Source: a virus
Lineage: Duplodnaviria; Caudoviricetes
Virus record (IMG/VR): IMGVR_UViG_3300025251_000012
Location: 14,444-78,443 of that record
DNA length: 64,000 bases
Direction: 5' to 3' (one strand)
Shown here in pieces: positions 57,568-64,000 of this stretch. The notes under the pieces were generated by a model. The model saw nothing but the letters and a program-made list of their open reading frames with translations, searched no databases and was not told where the DNA came from. Within the stretch, counting starts at the first letter, position 1, and every line of letters starts with the position of its first letter. Made by a program: the position numbers and the translations under genes.

Positions 57568-58256
57568 TCCCCATTTCTGACGCGTGCATCGACCTCTCTT
57601 TGTTTAGACTTTTGTTCGTAGCGTGCTTTCTTAACAAGCGCTTCGTAAGTCCCACCAGGGAAGTGTTTTTCGGTAGCTTTTTTGCAGCCTATGATCAAAG
57701 CGTCGGTTGTAAATTTGTTGTATCGTTGAATAAGTGCCCGGTGCATAAACGTCAACACCGCTTTCGGAGCCCCATCACCAGCCTCGCGCCGGTACTGCTC
57801 AACGCGAATGTCGATCCGGGAAGCGCTAAAGATCCAGTGCACGGGTGCTGGCTTACTCGGACCCTTCCATTCTTCCCAGATTCCCATTGACCAGTACGCC
57901 CAGGTTAGCGGTGAAGTTTTGAACTGTAACAGCAATTTAGCCGCTGTCACCAGGGAGTTATAGTAGCGATAAGCTGTGATAGAACCCCGGGACATTGCAT
58001 ACGAACGTCTGCCCGTTCGTGCGTGAAATGCCGTGCGGTAGGCCTTTGCTATGAATTCGGCCCGGGCCTCATCTGTACTGGTAACATCTATGTGGGGTGG
58101 AGCGGGTATTATCACGGGTGGGGCAACTGAACTCCCGGGAAACGGGAAAGCGTCCCCGCGTTGAACTGCTTCAACCAACCACGCGGGGGTTCTTTCTGCG
58201 TAGCCATCAATCCGCATTGTTGTTACCCCATGACACTGTTTCGCTAAGACTGCCAA
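57555..58256 (-). CDS. Hypothetical replication-region protein
   Basis: 233-aa ORF coupled between SF2 helicase and DnaB-like gene. Confidence 0.5.
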   Translation of the reverse strand: MAVLAKQCHGVTTMRIDGYAERTPAWLVEAVQRGDAFPFPGSSVAPPVIIPAPPHIDVTSTDEARAEFIAKAYRTAFHARTGRRSYAMSRGSITAYRYYNSLVTAAKLLLQFKTSPLTWAYWSMGIWEEWKGPSKPAPVHWIFSASRIDIRVEQYRREAGDGAPKAVLTFMHRALIQRYNKFTTDALIIGCKKATEKHFPGGTYEALVKKARYEQKSKQREVDARVRNGEWVW

Positions 58257-59664
58257 CGCTGGCTGTCTGCACTTCGTAGCCTTCTTTTCTGTATGAGTTT
58301 AAACGTTCTCTGGCGTGACGCCTTAGCGTGTGCTCCCCCCGGTCGAATATGTCTATGACAACGCAATCGGATTTCCCGTCGGCCATTCGCATGGCACGCC
58401 CGACACGTTGAATAGTAGCTATACCAGATTTCCCGCCACTTGCTACTATAACGGATCTTAATTCTGGTATGTCCACGCCTTCCTGTAAGACAACGCTGGC
58501 AACAACAACGTCAGAGTGACCACTTTCTAGGCTGGAGATCTTTCGCTGCCTCAACTCGTTTGGGTCTCGCCCCGTCACCAACTCGACTCGAAGTCCAACG
58601 TCTTCGAGCATATCTTTCAAGTTGAATCCATGCTTCAACGCCTTTACAAAAACCAATGCCGGTTTGGGTGCCTTAAGGGTTTCTGCCACCACGACCCGGT
58701 TACGGTCTAAACTTTCTATGATCAACTCTTTGTATTTTTTCTGCCAGTCGTTCAAATAAACATGGGACGGGGACTGATAGCAGGGCACCATCCAGATCGT
58801 AGGCTTTGCAAGGACACCATGCTCGACAAGTTTGCTGGCTCCAAGCTTATATATGACCGGGCCGGTCGCCCCTTGAACTAGTACTGCTTTGTCGTCGGTT
58901 CGTGCGAAGGGTGTGCCGGATAAGCCAACCCGGTACCAAGCGTTCTCGCAGGCTAGAGCAACTTTCTGGAAGGTTCGCCCACCTAGCGTGTGTGCCTCAT
59001 CTATTATTATACCCTCAACCCCGAACACCAGATCCCGGATCTCCTGGTGCTTCCTGTTTTTCCAAATTGTTTGGAAGGTCGCCACCGTCAGGTTGCTATC
59101 TTCAGATCCTTTCTCTATAAGTCCAGACTTTACGCGCGAAGCCGTCAGGCCGGTGCGCAGCTTGTACCGGTCTGCAAGCTGTTCAACTAGTATGCCCCTG
59201 TGTACCAGGAACAACCATTGCCCGGGCACTTTTCGCGTGAGCGCTATAGCAACTTCTGTCTTTCCCGATCCGGTGGGCATCCACAAGACGCCAACATGAT
59301 TTTCTAGCACCGACCAAACCGCTTCGTGTTGATAGTCTCGTAGCCAACCAACATCGGCCGCGCAAAAAGTCTCCGGTGGGGAGCCCCTTTTGACGTCAAC
59401 TTGGACCGGTACTTGTGCCCGCTTTGCCGCATCCAATACCAGGGGGAGTAGGCCGGATCCGAAAGTCACAGGGTTTCCAAAGTATAGTTTGACGGGGAAT
59501 TGCTGTGGGGATCGGGGGTTTGGCGGGATTGTAAAGTATTGTTTTAGCCAACGGATCGAGTCTTCTGGCCCAGCGATAACCCGGCAGCAAGCTCGACCCT
59601 GCTCTATTGTGAGCGGCCGATCAAAAATCAGCGGGAGTTGCAGGCTTGTTGGTTCTTCGGGCAT
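58207..59664 (-). CDS. Superfamily 2 helicase (UvsW-like)
   Basis: LRDYQ, PTGSGKT, IDEAH, LSGTP, EGVDIP, QRVGRAMR. Confidence 0.92.
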   Translation of the reverse strand: MPEEPTSLQLPLIFDRPLTIEQGRACCRVIAGPEDSIRWLKQYFTIPPNPRSPQQFPVKLYFGNPVTFGSGLLPLVLDAAKRAQVPVQVDVKRGSPPETFCAADVGWLRDYQHEAVWSVLENHVGVLWMPTGSGKTEVAIALTRKVPGQWLFLVHRGILVEQLADRYKLRTGLTASRVKSGLIEKGSEDSNLTVATFQTIWKNRKHQEIRDLVFGVEGIIIDEAHTLGGRTFQKVALACENAWYRVGLSGTPFARTDDKAVLVQGATGPVIYKLGASKLVEHGVLAKPTIWMVPCYQSPSHVYLNDWQKKYKELIIESLDRNRVVVAETLKAPKPALVFVKALKHGFNLKDMLEDVGLRVELVTGRDPNELRQRKISSLESGHSDVVVASVVLQEGVDIPELRSVIVASGGKSGIATIQRVGRAMRMADGKSDCVVIDIFDRGEHTLRRHARERLNSYRKEGYEVQTASVGSLSETVSWGNNNAD

Positions 59665-59904
59665 ACGGACCTTCGGTGTTCATCGTTTTCATCGGTTTAA
59701 AAGAGGGTGCGCGCCCCCGGGCCTTTATGAGGACCGCCAGCTTTGCAGGCATTGGCATTCGTGACGCCGCCAATAAGCTATGCGATCCTGCACCTGAAGG
59801 CGCACACTTACTCCCAAATTTCTTATCTACCAATCGCAGTTAAACCCACGGGCATTTACAAGACCCGTGAAGCAACCTTGCCCCATATCTCAAAGGGTAT
59901 AAGT

Positions 59905-59933
59905 AACCTAACCGTTGTATTCCTAATAGTCAA
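59905..59933 (-). promoter_or_regulatory. sigma70-type promoter for replication operon
   Basis: TTGACT-17 nt-TAGGTT, T-rich upstream of -35. Confidence 0.65.
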
Positions 59934-59977
59934 GAAGAAAGCGCATAAATTTTTTGTTTAAAAGACATCTAAACCCT

Positions 59978-60727
59978 TCAAATGTTTAGACTTTTCTGGT
60001 GTACGTCCGGGCACAAGGCTTTGTGCGGGCACCCACCAAAGGCACTGCACTCTGATCGTGTTGGTTCGACCGATGATCGCCATTCTTCTTGGTAGGCTAT
60101 GACCATTTCTCTGGCTGTGGGGACGATCATCCGATCCCAAAACGCTGCGGCTTCGTCCCGGTCTATGTAAGCACTGGCCGTGTGTGAATGGTGCGCGCCT
60201 TTCGTTGTGCAGTAAACGTGCTCGACTTCCACCGAAGGCGCGTCCAGGCTTTCCATCAAGACGTGCGCGTAGCACAACATCTGCACATTGGCCTTTAGCT
60301 GTGGACCCGTTTTTGCGTAGCGAATGTTCCCCGTTGTTTTCAGGTCTTGAATCTTTGGCGCGACCCCGCGCAGATCTATAACGTCTGCCCGACCTTTGAA
60401 TTTCACAAACCCCAGGTCTTTCAAAAGCCAGGTCTCCACAAGGACGCCGCTAGTACCAGTTTCTTTGTTTAGACTTTCTATCTCAATCCCAGCGCCAGCC
60501 GGGGGGAAGTATTCCAAAGCAGGTAAAAGTCTCTCGCTGGTAGGGTCTTTCGAGTCTAGCAAGTATCGTTCGAGTTCCCCGTGTAAAGCCGTGCCCAAAG
60601 CAGCGGCCGGGTGAGTGACCCGTTCGACCCCTTGCGAGTATTCATGCCACCAACGCCGGTTGCACCCAAGAAAGTTCTGAATGCTCGACGGACTGACGTG
60701 TGCTAGTTGACCGCTAAGAATTGTCAT
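59978..60727 (-). CDS. Cas4-like PD-(D/E)XK exonuclease
   Basis: SPSSI..F.GC, GTALH, GRADVID...DLKT, Q..CY, C....GCP....C. Confidence 0.85.
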   Translation of the reverse strand: MTILSGQLAHVSPSSIQNFLGCNRRWWHEYSQGVERVTHPAAALGTALHGELERYLLDSKDPTSERLLPALEYFPPAGAGIEIESLNKETGTSGVLVETWLLKDLGFVKFKGRADVIDLRGVAPKIQDLKTTGNIRYAKTGPQLKANVQMLCYAHVLMESLDAPSVEVEHVYCTTKGAHHSHTASAYIDRDEAAAFWDRMIVPTAREMVIAYQEEWRSSVEPTRSECSAFGGCPHKALCPDVHQKSLNI

Positions 60728-60921
60728 GCGTCTTGTTTAGACTTTCTGCACTTCGGGCAGACTTTAATGTCTCCGAGTGATTTCGATTTCGTCTTGTAAA
60801 CGCACTTCGGGCAAACCGGCTTTGAGCAGTTGGCGCAGCCCATTGTTATGAGGTTTCCTTGTGCGCAACTTGCACAGGTTCCGATCATGATCCCCTGTAA
60901 AAAGCCTTCAAAGTTTCCCAT
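60724..60921 (-). CDS. Small Cys-rich (Zn-finger-like) protein
   Basis: CASC, CANC, CPKC, CPKC. Confidence 0.55.
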   Translation of the reverse strand: MGNFEGFLQGIMIGTCASCAQGNLITMGCANCSKPVCPKCVYKTKSKSLGDIKVCPKCRKSKQDA

Positions 60922-60933
60922 TGAGTCCCCCTG

Positions 60934-61191
60934 TCATTTCGCTTCTAACCCACTAGCCCACATTTCAAACCGATCCATTTCGCCCATTTCTGAATGCCAG
61001 GGCAAGATTTTAATTTCCAGCGCGGCGTTTCGTCGGCGCAATGTTCGCGCGCGTCGTTCTGCCAGTGTTAGCGTTGGGAAGATAGAAAGCCCGCTATAGT
61101 ATCGGGCGATCTGTGGGCTCTTTTTGTCTTTTCGAGACAGGACAAAGTACGCTTTTACTTTAGGGCTAACACGAGTCATCATTCCCAACAT
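60934..61191 (-). CDS. Hypothetical basic protein
   Basis: ORF in - strand early cluster. Confidence 0.45.
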   Translation of the reverse strand: MLGMMTRVSPKVKAYFVLSRKDKKSPQIARYYSGLSIFPTLTLAERRARTLRRRNAALEIKILPWHSEMGEMDRFEMWASGLEAK

Positions 61192-61202
61192 TTTAAGCCC
61201 CC

Positions 61203-61634
61203 CTATTCGCTATAGAGATCGTCTACCATTTCCATATAAGTTTGCTGTTCCATCGTTTCGGCCGGGATGGACCCCTTTAGAAGTTCCCAATCATTCAAAA
61301 GACCCATGTTTTTAAATGCCGCTTCGATGTATTCCGTGCCTTTCGTTTCGCCCTCCGTGAGGGTGACGTTCTCCAAACCTAGCACATGGTAGAAAGCAAT
61401 CCGCAAAACGTCCTGAGCCGAACAGTTTTTTGGCTCTACTGGAAACGTGCAAACGAAATTTGATTTGACCAACTTTTCGATCAAAGCCAAAGCCTTGATC
61501 GCTTTCGAGGCGGCGTCGTTATCCGATAGAAACATCATCTCGACCCTTCCTGTACGCGTAAACGGATGAATGGTTGTGCGATTTGTATGCGATTTTCCGT
61601 TGGAGCAGGCCAGCGGCGTGCATCTTTTTAACAA
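61203..61634 (-). CDS. Hypothetical protein
   Basis: True start probably near MMFLSDN. Confidence 0.45.
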   Translation of the reverse strand: MLKRCTPLACSNGKSHTNRTTIHPFTRTGRVEMMFLSDNDAASKAIKALALIEKLVKSNFVCTFPVEPKNCSAQDVLRIAFYHVLGLENVTLTEGETKGTEYIEAAFKNMGLLNDWELLKGSIPAETMEQQTYMEMVDDLYSE

Positions 61635-61827
61635 GAGTTATAACTTTGAGCCCGGAGGCGTGAGGAATCAGCCCGCCGTCTGCGATTCGAGGCGTGTCTA
61701 CCCAACCCGCGCCCGGACAGGTGTCGAAATAATAGAGCACTTCCCGTTCACGGGCGGCCCGGTTTGTTTTCGTGAGATTTTTATCCCAGCAACCAGACCG
61801 CCGTCCTTTGGGCATCCGATCATTCAT
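61519..61827 (-). CDS. Hypothetical, possible winged-helix protein
   Basis: VITLVKKMHAAGLLQRK; ATGA overlap with upstream gene. Confidence 0.45.
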   Translation of the reverse strand: MNDRMPKGRRSGCWDKNLTKTNRAAREREVLYYFDTCPGAGWVDTPRIADGGLIPHASGLKVITLVKKMHAAGLLQRKIAYKSHNHSSVYAYRKGRDDVSIG

Positions 61828-62777
61828 GCGGACACCTTGCCGTTTAGTTTAGACTTCAGTGCGTCCACCTCTTCCCGGAGTTCGATTTCATCGGCGGCGT
61901 ACTCACGTTGAAAGTTCTTAGCCTTTTCGCTGACTACCCGACCGTCGGGCGTGAGAAAGTTAATCGGGCAAAAGGCAAACCGTGTTTCTAGACAATCGGC
62001 GTAGTAGTCCGGGAGTACTTCGCCCATACTCTTAAGATTCCCCATGACGTAAGCTTCCGCAAACGCAACAAGACGCGCGGCCGTGATCTTTGCAAAGGCT
62101 ACGCGCAAATGCCCGGGGACGCACGTTGGACCGTCGGGACTAAACAACACCGAACGGACGTATGAGCCTATGACGAATGCGCCCGCAAGGTGCCCATGCT
62201 TTGCCGGGATAAGCCCGGGCCGCTTGACGCCAGCGATGAAAGCCTCAATCGTATCCGCTTTGTTGGTTCTGTCTGCGGTTTCGATCAGCAAACCCGCTGC
62301 GGATACGTCGGGGGATTGATCAAGCAGGCGTAGAAGTTTATCGAAGGCCAACGAAGAGATCGCTTCTCGGATATCTTCGGGCGTGTTGCAAACCTCTTCG
62401 GGTTCCAAAACCTCGAAGCTATACGCGTCGGCCGCTTCGGCCGGGTTCGTATCAATAGCGACCATTTCGGATAGCCAATTTTCCCCGGCGTTTGTTGCAG
62501 CCTCTTTCGTATCGAAGGTTCCAAGCGTATCACAAGCGTGCCCGTTATCCCAAGCAACGGTCCACGTGTAACGTTGGGGCAAGGCCGCAACATGGGTGCC
62601 GAAACATTCAGTGTTGCCGGTTTCATGGCAAACCGGGCACTCGGTACATTCGCAAGCTTGACCCGGTTTGGCTTCCACGTCTTTACCGCAAACCTCACAG
62701 TGGCAAGGTCCGTCAAATTCGGGGGGATGGGTATCGTTTGGTGAATTGTTCATTTTAAATTCCTTTCGTCGGTTCAT
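61824..62777 (-). CDS. Early protein with Cys-rich N-terminus
   Basis: CHCEVC...CECTECPVC; downstream of promoter; likely start MNNSPND after AAGGAA. Confidence 0.6.
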   Translation of the reverse strand: MNRRKEFKMNNSPNDTHPPEFDGPCHCEVCGKDVEAKPGQACECTECPVCHETGNTECFGTHVAALPQRYTWTVAWDNGHACDTLGTFDTKEAATNAGENWLSEMVAIDTNPAEAADAYSFEVLEPEEVCNTPEDIREAISSLAFDKLLRLLDQSPDVSAAGLLIETADRTNKADTIEAFIAGVKRPGLIPAKHGHLAGAFVIGSYVRSVLFSPDGPTCVPGHLRVAFAKITAARLVAFAEAYVMGNLKSMGEVLPDYYADCLETRFAFCPINFLTPDGRVVSEKAKNFQREYAADEIELREEVDALKSKLNGKVSA

Positions 62778-62806
62778 CGGTTGTGGTCATCTAGTGACCT
62801 ATAAAC

Positions 62807-62835
62807 AGAATAACAATTTGGTTACAGGGAGTCAA
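62807..62835 (-). promoter_or_regulatory. sigma70-type early promoter
   Basis: TTGACT-17 nt-TATTCT with upstream T-tract. Confidence 0.75.
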
Positions 62836-62848
62836 GAAAAAAGAGAGA

Positions 62849-62872
62849 AAAAGTCTCCGGCCTATAGGGTGT
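62849..62872 (-). repeat. 24-bp motif copy 2 (just upstream of -35)
   Basis: + strand AAAAGTCTCCGGCCTATAGGGTGT. Confidence 0.75.
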
Positions 62873-62879
62873 CTGGAAG

Positions 62880-63233
62880 TTATAACTTTTGAAGTTCTGA
62901 TTCATCGACCCAGGCCTGTTGCTCGCCCGATTCTCTGGGGTGCCGCCAACTGATTTGATAGCGGGTGCCTTCGGGTGCCAGTACAGCCCGGGTGATTTCG
63001 GCCAAGCAGGATCCCCACACAACGGTTTGACCCTGTGAGAATTCGGGGCCTGGAAGTGCATCCGGGCATTCACTTTTGAGGGCTAAATGACAGCGGACCC
63101 ATTGCCAAGCGTTCCGCATGTATCCGGGCCTACCATATGATCCACACATGGGGCATGGGCCTGCCGGTTTTTCGGGGGGAGCGGTTTCGTTTGGGGGGTT
63201 TGGCGTGTTCATTGGATCGGTCCTTCGGGTCAA
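62880..63233 (-). CDS. Early protein with CxxC Zn ribbon and SH3-like C-terminus
   Basis: CPMC...RC..C; FSQGQTVVW...WVDESELQKL. Confidence 0.55.
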   Translation of the reverse strand: MTRRTDPMNTPNPPNETAPPEKPAGPCPMCGSYGRPGYMRNAWQWVRCHLALKSECPDALPGPEFSQGQTVVWGSCLAEITRAVLAPEGTRYQISWRHPRESGEQQAWVDESELQKL

Positions 63234-63267
63234 CTGGTTTCGGGGGGTAGTCTAGCCCCACCGTTGA

Positions 63268-63296
63268 AGCCTAAACGGTTAGGCTACAGCCGTCAA
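63268..63296 (-). promoter_or_regulatory. sigma70-type early promoter
   Basis: TTGACG-17 nt-TAGGCT. Confidence 0.7.
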
Positions 63297-63346
63297 GAAA
63301 AAAGAGACCGGGGGGAACGGGTGCGCGTTTTGTTCCCCCCGGTCTC
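63297..63346 (-). terminator. Rho-independent terminator abutting the next -35 box
   Basis: Perfect 15-bp stem GAGACCGGGGGGAAC / GTTCCCCCCGGTCTC, then a T-run ending in CTTGAC on - strand. Confidence 0.8.
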
Positions 63347-63602
63347 CGGGCCTATAAGATCAGGCGGCTGTTATCCCGCCGACCCAATACGTCAAGAGTC
63401 GGCGCAGCCTGTCGATCAAGCCCTGACCCAGCGAATACACTTTTGTTTTAGGTTTTAGATCTTCGGGTGTCAACATTCATGGCCCGGACCAGCCTCAAAA
63501 TCTCAGGTTCATAGTCCCCAAAGTTAAGACTTTTTTGTTCTAGGTTCAAAACCCTACGGGTTTTGTTCCGGGCGATCTTGCTTTTCTTCGGACCCCGAAC
63601 GT

Positions 63603-63634
63603 AAAAAAGCCCGGTAGAGTTTCCCCTACCGGGC
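63603..63634 (-). terminator. Rho-independent terminator
   Basis: GCCCGGUAGGG-GAAA-CUCUACCGGGC-UUUUUU. Confidence 0.85.
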
Positions 63635-63721
63635 ACCTAGCACCGACGAAAGTGCAGGAAAGAATCGAACCTTCGGGCTAGAACCCGGGGGCCTGCTCCG
63701 AAGGCTGAAGACTTAAGCCTT
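63603..63721 (-). ncRNA. Candidate ~120-nt small RNA with tRNA-like acceptor/T-arm module
   Basis: Bracketed by promoter (63728-63757) and terminator; GGAGCAG/CUGCACU stem next to GAAGG-UUCGAUU-CUUUC T-arm; no complete ORF. Confidence 0.55.
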
Positions 63722-63727
63722 GTCTAA

Positions 63728-63757
63728 ATCATAAACGTTTAGGCTACAGGATGTCAA
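63728..63757 (-). promoter_or_regulatory. sigma70-type promoter
   Basis: TTGACA-18 nt-TATGAT; spacer closely similar to that of 63268-63296. Confidence 0.7.
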
Positions 63758-63795
63758 GCGAAAAGCGACACCGAACGTTTGGACCTTGAGCCGAT

Positions 63796-63907
63796 GGAAG
63801 GGTTCGAGCCCGGGTGCCATGCCCATATGTGGCAAAGGTTCGAGCCCGGGGCAAAGCTCGAAGCCCGGGGCAAAGCTCGAAGCCCGGGGCAAAGCTCGAA
63901 GCCCGGG
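63796..63907. repeat. 19-bp tandem repeat (3 exact + 2 degenerate copies)
   Basis: GCAAAGCTCGAAGCCCGGG at 63851, 63870, 63889; variants GGCAAAGGTTCGAGCCCGGG (63831) and GGAAGGGTTCGAGCCCGGG (63796). Confidence 0.9.
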
Positions 63908-64000
63908 CCAAAGATTTTAGAAAAGTCTCCGGGTGCGGGCGTGTTCGCAGACGGGTAAAAGGTCAAAACTTTTTTGAAAGAGTTTGGCATAAGTCCCCGG

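Noticed and set aside
63448-63636. 62-aa - strand ORF
   Set aside because: Its start lies inside the terminator hairpin, with no RBS; a nearby TTGACA at about 63469 lacks a convincing -10.
63645-63700. Canonical amber-suppressor tRNA gene
   Set aside because: No D-arm, the anticodon stem is only 3 bp with a 6-nt loop, and no CCA; kept only as a tRNA-like RNA candidate.
59978-63907. CRISPR system (Cas4-like gene plus repeats)
   Set aside because: The 19-bp repeats are head-to-tail with no spacers; no cas1/cas2 or effector genes; stand-alone Cas4-like nucleases are common in phage replication modules.
1-64000. Alternative genetic code (stop-codon reassignment)
   Set aside because: Conserved genes (RecA, PolA, sheath, helicases) are full length under the standard code and genes pack tightly.
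1-64000. Prophage or integrative element
   Set aside because: No integrase, repressor/antirepressor switch, or flanking host housekeeping genes; content fits an autonomous lytic phage, though the rest of the genome is not visible.

Overview
The window is a 64-kb slice of a large, apparently lytic, contractile-tailed dsDNA phage; no integrase, repressor, terminase or portal lies inside it. Bases 1-35.5 kb (+ strand) are a virion module whose capsid C-terminus, neck block, sheath and 142-aa tube resemble SPO1/Twort/K-type (Herelleviridae-like) phages in sequence and order. It continues through tail chaperones with a candidate +1 frameshift, tape measure, baseplate, about 19 kb of fibre/appendage genes and a multi-enzyme ART-ParB-GNAT protein. 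Bases 35.5-64 kb (mostly - strand) carry early and replication genes: Cas4-like nuclease, SF2 and DnaB helicases, primase, SPO1-type PolA, UvsY-like, gp32-like SSB, RecA, SbcCD, two DNA methyltransferases, a lytic transglycosylase and a metallophosphoesterase. Several clean sigma70 promoters drive this arm. A + strand island (41.6-45.5 kb) encodes a myxobacterial-type Cys-rich/vWA surface lipoprotein, small membrane proteins and a trypsin-like protease, pointing to a Myxococcota-like host. The right end has promoter/terminator cassettes, a 19-bp tandem repeat, an oriented 11-mer and a candidate small RNA with a tRNA-like acceptor/T-arm. All family assignments come from motif recognition and synteny by eye; no database search was run.
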